Part shown: piece after piece, positions 10,073 to 20,113 of the stretch
Layout of the letters: every line of letters starts with the position of its first letter
How positions within the stretch are numbered: position 1 is the stretch's first letter
Sequence record: NC_136441.1
Length of the DNA: 48,646 bases
DNA from: a phage
Direction: 5' to 3' (one strand)
The notes under the pieces: generated by a model
Seen by the model: the letters and a program-made list of their open reading frames with translations, nothing else
Told to the model about the DNA's origin: nothing
Databases searched by the model: none
Program-made: the position numbers and the translations under genes

Positions 10073-10387
10073 ATGGCTAAAATGAAATTGACTCTTGCCC
10101 CGCTTCCAGATTTCAAACTTCCAGTTAAATTTGTATTGCCGGATGGTAACGAGCAAAAAATTGTGTTTACCGTTAAGCATAAAAAGGCCAGCGAGATTCA
10201 AGAGCTTTACCAGAAAGAAGGTATTAAAGATCCTGAATTCATCATGAATGTTGCCGTGGGTTGGGATCTGGAGGAAGAATTCAACGAAGAAAACGCGCAA
10301 CTGTTAGTTGATTATTATCCTGGCGCGGCGCTGGCTCTTATGGGATCTTATTTAAGTGCGCTGGCAGGGCAACGCGTAAAAAACTAA
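10073..10387 (+). CDS. tail assembly chaperone (lambda gpG-like)
   Basis: 104 aa from ATG 10073 (SD GGAGA 7 nt upstream); ends at TAA just after slippery heptamer. Confidence 0.7.
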   Translation: MAKMKLTLAPLPDFKLPVKFVLPDGNEQKIVFTVKHKKASEIQELYQKEGIKDPEFIMNVAVGWDLEEEFNEENAQLLVDYYPGAALALMGSYLSALAGQRVKN

Positions 10388-10704
10388 AACTGGCGGTTTA
10401 TCTGTATTATCAGAAACCGCCGACAGATGCAGAATTGCAAGCCGTAGGATTAACCCGCGCAGACTATGAAGGAGAAGATCCGCCAGAGGTCATATTTGAT
10501 GAAAGTATGATGCAATCATGGGATATATTTTGCGCGATGGGTACACAGTGGCGTAGTGCTGGCGCTGGTGCTTACGGTTTTGATTATAATGTTTTGCCTA
10601 TGTTATTCAGAATCTATAAAATAGACGATGAAGAAATGGCCTTAAATGACTTGCGCATCATGGAACAAAAAGCACTGGAAATGATGCAAGCAAATAACAA
10701 ATAA
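10073..10704 (+). CDS. tail assembly chaperone G-T fusion (via -1 frameshift at 10378-10384)
   Basis: -1 frame downstream of slippery site open for about 107 codons with no independent SD/ATG; conserved G/GT arrangement upstream of tape measure gene. Confidence 0.6.
10378..10384 (+). promoter_or_regulatory. -1 programmed ribosomal frameshift slippery heptamer A AAA AAC
   Basis: heptamer lies in the G frame 1 codon before stop; the -1 frame stays open to 10704 (ORF 10435..10704). Confidence 0.65.
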
Positions 10705-10728
10705 AGCGCCTACGGGCGCTTTTTTTTA
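10705..10728 (+). terminator. rho-independent terminator / attenuator
   Basis: AGCGCC-TACG-GGCGCT followed by TTTTTTTT. Confidence 0.7.
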
Positions 10729-10742
10729 TGAGGGTAAAATAT

Positions 10743-13652
10743 ATGGCTGAACAATTTGCAGGTTTAACACTTGGCGTGAACGTCGAGCAGTTAAACAAAG
10801 CTGTTAAGTCGTTACAGGACTTTAAAAAAGCCAACGACGAAGCAAAGAAAGGCGTTGAGAGCTTTGTTAACGAGGAAGAAGTTGCAAAGCAAAAGGCTAA
10901 ACAGTTAGCCGATGAATTAGCGAAACAGAGCCGTGAATTTAAGAGAATTCAGGATACAGTTGATCCGACAGCGGCAAAAATGCGCAAGCTGTCACAGGCA
11001 GCAAGTGATCTTGATAAGCTATGGCAAAAAGGGATTGTACCTGATGAAACATTCTTCCAATTAGGGAGCATGTTGGAAACTCAGATCAGTAAATTGGAGC
11101 GCAACAAAAAGGCGCTTACGGAAGAAGGCCGCGCAGCGTTGGAAGAATCACGCGCCAAAGAGAAAGCAGCGGCAGCAGGAAAGAGCTTCCTTGCGGATCT
11201 AGAATCACAAGCGGCGGCTCTTGGAAAAACCAAATCTGAATTACTGGAAATGAAAGCCGCGCAACTTGGCGTAAGTGCTCAGGCCGCGCCATTCATTGCA
11301 CAGCTTAAAGCGCAAGAGCGCCAGATGAAATTAACCGGAATTAGCGCGGGGCAATATAACCAGGCAATGCGACAACTTCCGGCTCAGATCACTGACGTTG
11401 TAACGTCGCTGGCTTCCGGCATGCCTGTTTGGTTGGTTGCAATCCAGCAGGGTGGACAGATTAAAGATTCTTTCGGCGGCGTTGGTAATACGTTTAAAGT
11501 GCTGTTGTCGTTTCTTAATCCGGTAAACGTTGGCCTTGCCGCATTAGCCGTTTCAATGGGTGCTCTTGTTAAGGCTGGTTATGATGCGTATAAGTCGCAA
11601 CGTGACTTGCAAGAGGCGTTGGTGCTGACTGGTGGCTATGCTGGCACAAGCGGCGCACAGTTCGATAAGCTGGCGCAGGACATTAATAACAGCACTGATG
11701 CGACGATAGGAAACATCCGATCCATCGCAACAGGGCTTGCAAAATCCGGCAAATTCACGATTGATCAGATTAAATCGATCACAAAGACTACCGCTCAGTG
11801 GTCAACGGTAACGGGTGAATCAAGCGACAAGATAACCGATTACTTTAATAAGATTGCTGGCGATCCGGTTAAAGGTCTTGCAGAGCTAAACGAGCAATTC
11901 AACTTTTTAAGCGAAGGGCAGTTAACTTATATTGCAGACCTGGAGAAAACGAAAGGAAAAACGGAAGCAGTGACGGCGGCGACAAAGTTATTTGCTGATG
12001 TTATGGATCAGAGATTAGCTAAACTGGCAGACTCCGCAACGCCATTAGAAAAGATGTGGACGAACATTAAAAAATGGGCGTCAGATGCTTGGGGATGGGT
12101 TGGAGATCACACGCTGGCGGCGCTTAACCTGATTATCGACGTTGTAGCCGGAACGGTTGAGCAGGTTAGATACTTGCTTAATCAGGGTGATATTCTCATT
12201 GGTGAATTTATTGTGTCGGCAACTAAGACGATGCAAAAAATCCCAGGTCTTGATAATGTTGGCGATTCTGTAATTTCGCAACAACAGAAGATCATTAATA
12301 ACGCCAAAGAAAACAACAAGGAGCTATTAAAATCAATTGCAGAACGTAACGAGCGAGTCAAAAAAGGCGAGCAGGGTTACATTGACATGATGAAAAATCG
12401 TGCGGCGGTTGAACAGCAATATGCTACTAAAACAAAGGAGAATATCAGGAAGGAAGCCGAGGAATTAGCCAAACGCGATAAAAAGCAAAAGGCTGAAAAA
12501 GTTAAGGTATCGGCTGGCGATAAGCTGGAAGAACAATATCAGCGTGATATCCTGGCGTTAGAAACTCAATTAAGAGTTTTGAAAGAGCACAAGACGATCA
12601 CAGATACCATAAGCCAGCAACGTAAATCTTTATGGGCTGAACAAGCTAAAATTCAGATTTTGCAAGAAGCCTCAACAAAACGGCAACTTACTGATGAAGA
12701 AAAAAGCATTTTAGCAAACAAAGATAAGATCCTGGCGATGGCTGAACAAAAATCTATTTTAGGCGATCAGATTGTTGCACAAACGCGACTTAATCAGTTG
12801 CAAGATAGCTCAATCAAGTTTATCCAGCAGCAGAAAGCAGCAACAGAAGCACTAGCCAAAACCAGAGGGTTAAGCGAGCGTGAAGCAGCAAGAGCGGCGG
12901 AACGTGCAAAGGTTGAGGCTGATTATCTTGCCAAAGGAGGTAAGGAAGGAGATCCGCAACTCACCGCCATGATGGATGAATTAGACAACCGCTATAAAGA
13001 GGAAGATGCTAAACGTGCTGATTGGTTATCTGGTGCAAAACATGCCTTTGCGGAGTACGGCGAAGAAGCAATGAACATGTATGATAATATCGGCAACATT
13101 GCGAGCCAGGCGTTAAACGGCCTATCGCAACAAATGGCTGATTTCTTGACTACTGGACAAGCAAACTTCAAAGACTTTGCAAAATCGATCATTAGCCTTA
13201 TTGTTCAGATGATCACAAAGATGGTTATCTTCAATAGCATTTCCGGCATGATGGGCGGCTCAACCTGGACACTTGGAAGCCTTTTAAGCGGTGCTGGTTT
13301 TGCTGGCGGCGGTTATACTGGCGACGGTGGCAAATATGATCCGGCTGGCGTTGTTCATAAGGGTGAGTTTGTTTTCACCAAAGAGGCAACGCAAAGAATC
13401 GGAGCTAAAAACCTGTATCGCATGATGCGAGGTTATGCAAACGGCGGTCAAGTAGGAAGCGTGACAACTGGCGGCGCTGGCATCAATCGCGGTGCATCGC
13501 AATTTGCATTTGGTGATATCAACGTTAACATTGACAACGGTCAAGATCCAAAAGGGATGGAAACTGGTATTAAGATGATTTTCACTGAAATGATTCAACG
13601 GTCATGCTCGCAAGGTGGCGAGGTTTATAATTTTGTTCATGGGAGGGCTTAA
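10743..13652 (+). CDS. tail tape measure protein
   Basis: about 969 aa, long coiled-coil-rich ORF with Gly-rich C-terminal region, between G/GT and minor tail genes; ATG 10743 with SD GAGGG. Confidence 0.85.
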   Translation: MAEQFAGLTLGVNVEQLNKAVKSLQDFKKANDEAKKGVESFVNEEEVAKQKAKQLADELAKQSREFKRIQDTVDPTAAKMRKLSQAASDLDKLWQKGIVPDETFFQLGSMLETQISKLERNKKALTEEGRAALEESRAKEKAAAAGKSFLADLESQAAALGKTKSELLEMKAAQLGVSAQAAPFIAQLKAQERQMKLTGISAGQYNQAMRQLPAQITDVVTSLASGMPVWLVAIQQGGQIKDSFGGVGNTFKVLLSFLNPVNVGLAALAVSMGALVKAGYDAYKSQRDLQEALVLTGGYAGTSGAQFDKLAQDINNSTDATIGNIRSIATGLAKSGKFTIDQIKSITKTTAQWSTVTGESSDKITDYFNKIAGDPVKGLAELNEQFNFLSEGQLTYIADLEKTKGKTEAVTAATKLFADVMDQRLAKLADSATPLEKMWTNIKKWASDAWGWVGDHTLAALNLIIDVVAGTVEQVRYLLNQGDILIGEFIVSATKTMQKIPGLDNVGDSVISQQQKIINNAKENNKELLKSIAERNERVKKGEQGYIDMMKNRAAVEQQYATKTKENIRKEAEELAKRDKKQKAEKVKVSAGDKLEEQYQRDILALETQLRVLKEHKTITDTISQQRKSLWAEQAKIQILQEASTKRQLTDEEKSILANKDKILAMAEQKSILGDQIVAQTRLNQLQDSSIKFIQQQKAATEALAKTRGLSEREAARAAERAKVEADYLAKGGKEGDPQLTAMMDELDNRYKEEDAKRADWLSGAKHAFAEYGEEAMNMYDNIGNIASQALNGLSQQMADFLTTGQANFKDFAKSIISLIVQMITKMVIFNSISGMMGGSTWTLGSLLSGAGFAGGGYTGDGGKYDPAGVVHKGEFVFTKEATQRIGAKNLYRMMRGYANGGQVGSVTTGGAGINRGASQFAFGDINVNIDNGQDPKGMETGIKMIFTEMIQRSCSQGGEVYNFVHGRA

Positions 13653-13999
13653 TGTTAGATGAATTTACCTGGTGTACGCAGATTCAGAGCGGCGGCGGTG
13701 TAATGACAACCACCAATAACGACAGGGAAGTTGTTTTTGGTAACGGTTATCGCCAAAAGGCATCTTCTGGATTTAACACGGAGCGGAGGGAGTTTTCTAT
13801 TGTTTACGCTGGCACTGATTATAAAAAAGTGAAAGCATTCATGACGGATCACAGATTAAAGCCTTTCTTGTGGAGGATGCCGGATGGTGATTTAGGGTTG
13901 TTTACGGTTAAAGCCGGAACGGTAGGGCTAACGCCAATAAGCCCAACCGCTCAGGAAGTCAAAGCAACATTCACGGAAGAATTTACATCCATGCGATAA
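13652..13999 (+). CDS. minor tail protein (lambda gpM-like)
   Basis: 115 aa, start overlaps tape measure stop (TAATG); position in lambda-like M-L-K-I-J order. Confidence 0.65.
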   Translation: MLDEFTWCTQIQSGGGVMTTTNNDREVVFGNGYRQKASSGFNTERREFSIVYAGTDYKKVKAFMTDHRLKPFLWRMPDGDLGLFTVKAGTVGLTPISPTAQEVKATFTEEFTSMR

Positions 14000-14003
14000 A
14001 TCA

Positions 14004-14029
14004 AAGCCGCCATTGTGCGGCTTTTTTAT
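14004..14029 (+). terminator. rho-independent terminator
   Basis: AAGCCGC-CATTGT-GCGGCTT followed by TTTTATT. Confidence 0.7.
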
Positions 14030-14066
14030 TGTGTCTATAATGGTGCTTTATTGGAGGGTATATAAT

Positions 14067-14825
14067 ATGGCTGAAAAACAGATCAAAAAGACTTTTGAAA
14101 ATTGTCTGCAATCGCTTTTTCCTGGTGAAATAATTACGCTTGTTGAGGTTGACGGCACAAAATTTGGTGCGCAGATTTACCGCTTCCACGCTGAAAATAT
14201 CGCGTACACTCCAGAGGAATTGATGCAAGCGCGTGAAACTGGAATATTGCCGCCGAAAGACATTAAATTCCGTGGCGAGGTTTACGGGGCGCGGCCTTTT
14301 GGGATTACTGGCATTGGCTTTACAAGTAACGGTAAAGCAGAAAAACCACAATTAGCGCTTTCAAATTTAGATAGCCGCGTATCTGCATTAATCAGATCAT
14401 ATAATGGAATGATGCAAGCCAAAGTAACAATTTGGGTTACATCGGCTGATTTAATTGATGAAGAAGGAAACGTGGAGGACGGCGCATATAGAAAGTTTGT
14501 TTATTATATTGAGCGTCCAAATTTTGTTAATCAGACAGTTGCACGTTTTGAATTAACATCACCTTATGATATGGATGGAATTATGATCCCGCCACGACTC
14601 ACGCAAAGCGTTTGTTATTGGGCGCAAAGGGGATGGTATAGAAGCGGGAAAGGTTGCGGATATAACGGATCGGCAATGTTCGATAAAGACAATAATCCGG
14701 TAACAGATCCGAGCAAGGATTATTGCGCCGGAACAGTGACAGCCTGTAAATTGCGCTTTGGCGCTCAAAATGAATTAGATTTCGGCAGTTGCGCGGTTGC
14801 ATCACTATTGAGGAAAAACCAATGA
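14067..14825 (+). CDS. minor tail protein (lambda gpL-like)
   Basis: 252 aa from ATG 14067 (SD GGAGGG); C-terminal Cys cluster (CYW...GKGCGYNG...CAGTVTAC) as in Fe-S-binding gpL. Confidence 0.7.
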   Translation: MAEKQIKKTFENCLQSLFPGEIITLVEVDGTKFGAQIYRFHAENIAYTPEELMQARETGILPPKDIKFRGEVYGARPFGITGIGFTSNGKAEKPQLALSNLDSRVSALIRSYNGMMQAKVTIWVTSADLIDEEGNVEDGAYRKFVYYIERPNFVNQTVARFELTSPYDMDGIMIPPRLTQSVCYWAQRGWYRSGKGCGYNGSAMFDKDNNPVTDPSKDYCAGTVTACKLRFGAQNELDFGSCAVASLLRKNQ

Positions 14826-15544
14826 TTAACGCAAAAATTAAACTTGAAATTATGCGCCATGCCAATGACGTTTATCCTAATGAATGTTGCGGCCTGGTAA
14901 CTCAAAAATCACGCGTACAGAAATATCACCGGATCGACAACGTAAGCAAGGAGCCGGAAAAACATTTTGAAATGGACGCTGAACAATATGCGGAAGTTGA
15001 GGACGGCGGCGCTGATATCATAGCGATAGTTCACAGCCACACAGGGGAAGGGGCAACAACAATCCCTAGCGCACACGATTTGTGCATGTGTGATGAAACT
15101 GGTGTTTCTTGGGTTATCGTTTCGATACCAGAAGGAGACATGAGAATCATAGAGCCACAATCACGGCCTTTGATTGGTCGCCCCTGGTCGCTTGGCGCTT
15201 ATGATTGTTGGGGTCTTATTATGGCCTGGCATAAAGAGCAAGGCGTGATCCTGAATGATTTCCGAAAGCCGTATGAATGGTGGAAGCCGGAACATGGTGA
15301 AAACCTTTATCAAGATAATTACTTGAAAGAAGGTTTTATAGAAACAGGAGAGCCACCAAAGCCAGGTGATATGATCATAATGCAGTTACAAGCGCCAGTA
15401 TGGAACCACGCCGGAATTCATTTAGGCAACAATCAACTATTGCATCATGCATTCGGCAAGTTGTCGCGAGTTGATTTATATTCTGGATGGTATCAGGAAC
15501 ACACAACAATGATTTGCAGACATAAGGATCTGAAAAATGAATAA
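14822..15544 (+). CDS. tail assembly protein (lambda gpK-like, MPN/JAMM + NlpC/P60 domains)
   Basis: HSHTGEGATTIPSAHD JAMM-like motif, then Cys/His of NlpC/P60 (YDCWGL...HAGIHLG...HHAFGK); ATGA overlap with L. Confidence 0.8.
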   Translation: MINAKIKLEIMRHANDVYPNECCGLVTQKSRVQKYHRIDNVSKEPEKHFEMDAEQYAEVEDGGADIIAIVHSHTGEGATTIPSAHDLCMCDETGVSWVIVSIPEGDMRIIEPQSRPLIGRPWSLGAYDCWGLIMAWHKEQGVILNDFRKPYEWWKPEHGENLYQDNYLKEGFIETGEPPKPGDMIIMQLQAPVWNHAGIHLGNNQLLHHAFGKLSRVDLYSGWYQEHTTMICRHKDLKNE

Positions 15545-16136
15545 GGTTATCAACGTAAAATTATCAGGCTCATTAGGTCGCCGCTTTGGTGTTTTCCATA
15601 AATACGCCGTTGAGAGTTGGCCTGAATGCGTAAGGGCATTATCAAGCCAGGTTGAAGGATTCAAAGAATTTATGCAAAGTGAAATCGGATCAAAGATGAA
15701 ATTTGCAATTTTCGTTGATGGCAAAAATGTTAGCTTGAATAATGATAGCGCTTGGCGTTGTGCTCGCGAGGTTCGAATTATTCCAGTGCCTACAGGTTCA
15801 AAATCTGGAGGCTTATTTCAAGTTGTGCTTGGCGCTGTAATGATGGTTGCCGCGTTTTATACTGGCGGCGCTTCACTTGCCGCAATGGGTGCTTTTGCGT
15901 CATCTGCATTTATGATGGGTGGTGCAATGGTGTTGGGTGGTGTAATGCAAATGATAAGCCCACAGCAAGGAGGGATGAAAATGGAAGCGCAGAGCGCGGA
16001 AAATAAGCCTTCATATGCTTTTGGCGGTGCTGTTAATACAACTGCGGCAGGTTATCCAGTATGCCTACCATATGGATACAGAACTGTTGGCGGTGCTGTT
16101 TTCAGTGCTGGTTCATATGCAGAAGATAAACTTTAA
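15537..16136 (+). CDS. tail assembly protein (lambda gpI-like)
   Basis: 199 aa, overlaps K stop, Gly/Ala-rich hydrophobic C-terminal half; synteny. Confidence 0.6.
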   Translation: MNKVINVKLSGSLGRRFGVFHKYAVESWPECVRALSSQVEGFKEFMQSEIGSKMKFAIFVDGKNVSLNNDSAWRCAREVRIIPVPTGSKSGGLFQVVLGAVMMVAAFYTGGASLAAMGAFASSAFMMGGAMVLGGVMQMISPQQGGMKMEAQSAENKPSYAFGGAVNTTAAGYPVCLPYGYRTVGGAVFSAGSYAEDKL

Positions 16137-16142
16137 TTATAT

Positions 16143-16170
16143 AAACCCGCCGTTGCGCGGGTTTTTTGTT
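16143..16170 (+). terminator. rho-independent terminator
   Basis: CCCGC-CGTTGC-GCGGG followed by TTTTTTGTT. Confidence 0.75.
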
Positions 16171-16217
16171 ACATGTACAATGGCAGCACGTTTAAATAGC
16201 ACAAAAGGTTAAAAGCT

Positions 16218-19200
16218 ATGATCAAAAATATGATAACTGGCAGTAAGGGCGGTTCTTCAAAGCCTCATACACCTGTTGAAATGGAAGATAACTTGATTTC
16301 TATTAACAGGATCAGAATTCTTTTAGCCGTTTCTGATGGTGAAGTTGATCCAGACTTTTCATTGAAAGATTTATATTTTGATGATGTTCCGGTTATGAAT
16401 CAGGATGGTTCACTAAACTTTCAGAATGTTAAGGCAGAATTCAGACCAGGGACGCAAACGCAGGATTATATTCAGGGGTTTACTGATACAGCCAGCGAAA
16501 TTACAGTTGCTCGCGATCTGACAGCCGCAACGCCTTATATTATTTCTGTTACCAATAAAAACCTTTCTGCGATCCGTATTAAAATTTTAATGCCTCGCGG
16601 GGTTACTCAGGAAGATAACGGAGATCTAACAGGTGTTCGCGTTGAATATGCTGTTGATATGGCTGTTGATGGTGCTGAATATAAAGAGGTTTTGCATGAT
16701 GTAATTGAAGGCAAAACAATGAGCGGTTACGACAGAAGCCGCCGAATTGATTTACCTGCTTTCAATGAGCGTGTTTTATTGCGCGTCCGTCGCCTGACAG
16801 ATAGCACGTCAGCAAGGGTAACGGATCTGATTAAAATGCAAAGCTATGCTGAAGTTGTAGACGCTAAATTTCGTTACCCACTGACTGGTTTAGTATATGT
16901 TGAGTTTGACAGCGAATTATTCCCTAATGCGTTGCCGAATATCAGCATTAAGAAAAAATGGAAAATCATTAATGTTCCGTCAAATTATGATCCTATTTCC
17001 CGCACTTACTCAGGGTCATGGGATGGAACCTGGAAAAAGGCATGGAGTAATAACCCTGCTTTTGTTCTGTATGATTTGATTACCAATCAGCGTTACGGAC
17101 TCGATCAAAGAGAATTAGGCATCGCGCTTGATAAATGGAGCATTTACGAATGTGCGCAGTATTGCGATCAGATGGTTCCAGACGGTAAAGGCGGTACAGA
17201 GCCGCGCTATCTTTGCGACGTTGTGATCCAGAGTCAAGTAGAGGCTTATCAGCTTGTCCGTGATATTTGCTCAATCTTTCGAGGAATGAGTTTTTGGAAC
17301 GGTGAAAGCCTTTCAATTGTGATCGATAAGCCGCGCGATGCGTCATACATCTTTACCAATGACAACGTGGTTAATGGTGAGTTTACTTACACGTTTGCCA
17401 GCGAGAAAAGCATGTACACGCAATGTAACGTGACTTTCGACGACGAACAAAACATGTATCAACAGGATGTTGAGGGAGTTTTCGAAACGGAGGCGGCGTT
17501 ACGCTTTGGATATAACAGCACGTCAATAACTGCTATCGGTTGCACTCGACGTAGTGAGGCTAATCGCCGTGGGCGCTGGATTCTGAAAACCAACGTCAAG
17601 AGCACAACAGTAAACTTTGCTACTGGCCTGGAAGGTATGATCCCAACGGTAGGCGATGTAATTGTTGTTTCGGATAACTTCTGGTCAAGCGCTTTGACGC
17701 TGAATCTATCAGGTAGATTGATGGAGGTTAACGGGTTGCAGGTGTTCACGCCGTTTAAGGTTGACGCAAGAGCGGGTGATCGCATTCTGGTAAATAAGCC
17801 GGATGGTAAGCCAGTTGGTCGAACCATTGCGCGCGTGAGCGATGACGGCAAAACGCTAACGCTAAACACAACGTTTGGCTTTGACGTTCATCCTGACACC
17901 ATTTTTGCAATCGAAAGAACGGATATTGCACAGCAACGCTATGTTGTAACCGGAATCACTAAAGGTGATGGTGATGAAGAATTTACCTACAACATAACGG
18001 CTGTTGAATACGATCCTAACAAATACGATGAAATTGATTATGGCGTAAACATTGATGACCGTCCGACTTCAATCGTGCAGCCTGACATTTTGCCAGCGCC
18101 GCAAAACGTCAAGATCGAATCTTATTCGCGAGTTGTCCAGGGCGCGAGCGTGGAAACAATGCATGTTTCATGGGATAAGGTTGAATATGCAAGCCTTTAT
18201 GAAATGCAGTGGAGAAAAGACAATGGCAATTGGAACAACACGCCGCGCACAGCCAACAAGGAAACGGAAGTTGAAGGAATTTATGCTGGTAACTATCACG
18301 TAAGGGTTAGATCTGTTGCAGCGAATGGTTCAGCGTCTGGATGGTCAGCCATTGTAAGCGCCGGATTAACTGGCAAGGTTGGCGAACCGGAAAGGCCAAT
18401 TAACCTTACTGCGTCTGACAATGAAGTTTTCGGAATTCGCGTAAAATGGGGTATGCCAGAAGGAAGCGGAGACACTGCATATATTGAGTTGCATCAAGCG
18501 CCGAACGGTGCTGATGGTCATCCTATCGTTGATGAAGCAACGCTATTAACGCTTGTACCGTTCCCACAATATGAGTATTGGCATTCAATACTTCCAGCGG
18601 GTCATGTTGTCTGGTACAAGGCAAGGGCTGTTGACAAAATCGGGAATGTGTCTGATTGGACTGACTTTGTGCGCGGCATGGCTTCCGACGATACGAGCAT
18701 TATCACGGATCATATTAAGGTCGATATTGAAAATTCTGATGGATATAAGTGGTTACAGGAAAACGCAATAAAGGCCAATGATAAGATCCACAGCACAGCG
18801 GAATCAGTGATTGAAAACGCATTAGCGAATGATAAAGATGTGCGACGTATGCGAGTTGAAAACGGCAAGCGTAAAGCGGAGTTCTTGCAATCGCTGAAAC
18901 TCATTGCAGACGAAACAGAAGCAAGGGTAACGCAGGTCACTCAAATGAGTGCGCAATTTGACGAGAAATTAACGGCTCAAAATAGCGAATTGAGAGAGGT
19001 AATTGCTAACAGCACTGAAACCATTAGCCAAAGGATTGATCAGCTTACAGCTACGTTTGAGAGCGAAATTTATGGTGTTAAGCAGGATATCAAAGCACAG
19101 ATAACTGATGTTAACCAGGCAATCACCAATGAAGCGGAAGCGCGAGCGTCAGCGGATAGGGCGTTATCAACTCAAATTGGTGATACCCAATCAGCGGTTA

Positions 19201-19994
19201 ACCAGAAACTTGATTCTTGGGTTAATGCCGATAGCGTAGGCGCGATGTACGGCGTTAAGTTGGGGTTACGTTACAACGGGCAGGAATATAGCGCGGGTAT
19301 GGCTCTTTCCCTTGTTGGTGACGGATCAGGAGTTAAATCACAATTCCTGTTTGATGCTGGACGATTTGCGATCATAAACAACCAACAGAGCGGAGGTTTT
19401 ACACTACCGTTTGTTGTTGAGAATAATCAGGTGTTTATCAACAGCTTACTTGTGAAAAATGGCTCTATTGGTAACGCTCAGATTGCGGATCAGATTAACT
19501 CTAACAACTGGAGCAGCGGCGCGGCTGGATGGATGATTAATAAGAATGGTTATGCTGAATTTAACCAGATAACGGTAAGGGGTACAGTGTACGCAAACGC
19601 CGGATCATTCACTGGTAACGTTTACGCTACTGATGGTTGGTTTAGGGGTACTGTTTACGCTGAAAAAATCGAGGGCGACGTTGCAAAGGCTGTTGTGCTT
19701 GGGTTTAACGGATCGGTTCACATTCCGGCAGTAAACTACAACAGACACCTTGTGATCCCTTATGTTGGTATTCACGGGTACACATATTCAGGTGGTACAT
19801 GGGGCGGCGGTACTGTTTGGGTTGATTCAACATATGGCGGTCGCCTTGCTAACGTTCAGGCAACTGCAATGCATGGCGGATCAAGTGGTTATGTTCTGTT
19901 GCCAGCGGGTAACGCAACTACGCTTTCATATGGTGGAAATCTAAACCACGCAAACGCAGTACCGATCTTAACAGTTCTGCTATTCAAAGCATAA
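16218..19994 (+). CDS. central tail fiber / host specificity protein (lambda gpJ-like)
   Basis: 1258 aa; N-terminus MIKNMITGSKGGSSKPHTP matches gpJ-type start; follows M-L-K-I. Confidence 0.85.
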   Translation: MIKNMITGSKGGSSKPHTPVEMEDNLISINRIRILLAVSDGEVDPDFSLKDLYFDDVPVMNQDGSLNFQNVKAEFRPGTQTQDYIQGFTDTASEITVARDLTAATPYIISVTNKNLSAIRIKILMPRGVTQEDNGDLTGVRVEYAVDMAVDGAEYKEVLHDVIEGKTMSGYDRSRRIDLPAFNERVLLRVRRLTDSTSARVTDLIKMQSYAEVVDAKFRYPLTGLVYVEFDSELFPNALPNISIKKKWKIINVPSNYDPISRTYSGSWDGTWKKAWSNNPAFVLYDLITNQRYGLDQRELGIALDKWSIYECAQYCDQMVPDGKGGTEPRYLCDVVIQSQVEAYQLVRDICSIFRGMSFWNGESLSIVIDKPRDASYIFTNDNVVNGEFTYTFASEKSMYTQCNVTFDDEQNMYQQDVEGVFETEAALRFGYNSTSITAIGCTRRSEANRRGRWILKTNVKSTTVNFATGLEGMIPTVGDVIVVSDNFWSSALTLNLSGRLMEVNGLQVFTPFKVDARAGDRILVNKPDGKPVGRTIARVSDDGKTLTLNTTFGFDVHPDTIFAIERTDIAQQRYVVTGITKGDGDEEFTYNITAVEYDPNKYDEIDYGVNIDDRPTSIVQPDILPAPQNVKIESYSRVVQGASVETMHVSWDKVEYASLYEMQWRKDNGNWNNTPRTANKETEVEGIYAGNYHVRVRSVAANGSASGWSAIVSAGLTGKVGEPERPINLTASDNEVFGIRVKWGMPEGSGDTAYIELHQAPNGADGHPIVDEATLLTLVPFPQYEYWHSILPAGHVVWYKARAVDKIGNVSDWTDFVRGMASDDTSIITDHIKVDIENSDGYKWLQENAIKANDKIHSTAESVIENALANDKDVRRMRVENGKRKAEFLQSLKLIADETEARVTQVTQMSAQFDEKLTAQNSELREVIANSTETISQRIDQLTATFESEIYGVKQDIKAQITDVNQAITNEAEARASADRALSTQIGDTQSAVNQKLDSWVNADSVGAMYGVKLGLRYNGQEYSAGMALSLVGDGSGVKSQFLFDAGRFAIINNQQSGGFTLPFVVENNQVFINSLLVKNGSIGNAQIADQINSNNWSSGAAGWMINKNGYAEFNQITVRGTVYANAGSFTGNVYATDGWFRGTVYAEKIEGDVAKAVVLGFNGSVHIPAVNYNRHLVIPYVGIHGYTYSGGTWGGGTVWVDSTYGGRLANVQATAMHGGSSGYVLLPAGNATTLSYGGNLNHANAVPILTVLLFKA

Positions 19995-20008
19995 AAGGAG
20001 GTAAATCA

Positions 20009-20080
20009 ATGCCCTGGCTTAACGGTCTGGGCATTTTGTTTTCTTTTGTTCTACGGTGTTCACAACTTAATCCGGCGTAA
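20009..20080 (+). CDS. hypothetical 23-aa hydrophobic peptide
   Basis: ATG 20009 preceded by near-perfect SD AAGGAGG at 7-nt spacing immediately after J; MPWLNGLGILFSFVLRCSQLNPA. Confidence 0.3.
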   Translation: MPWLNGLGILFSFVLRCSQLNPA

Positions 20081-20113
20081 ATAATAAACGTTTGCACAAC
20101 AAAAAGAACAAAT

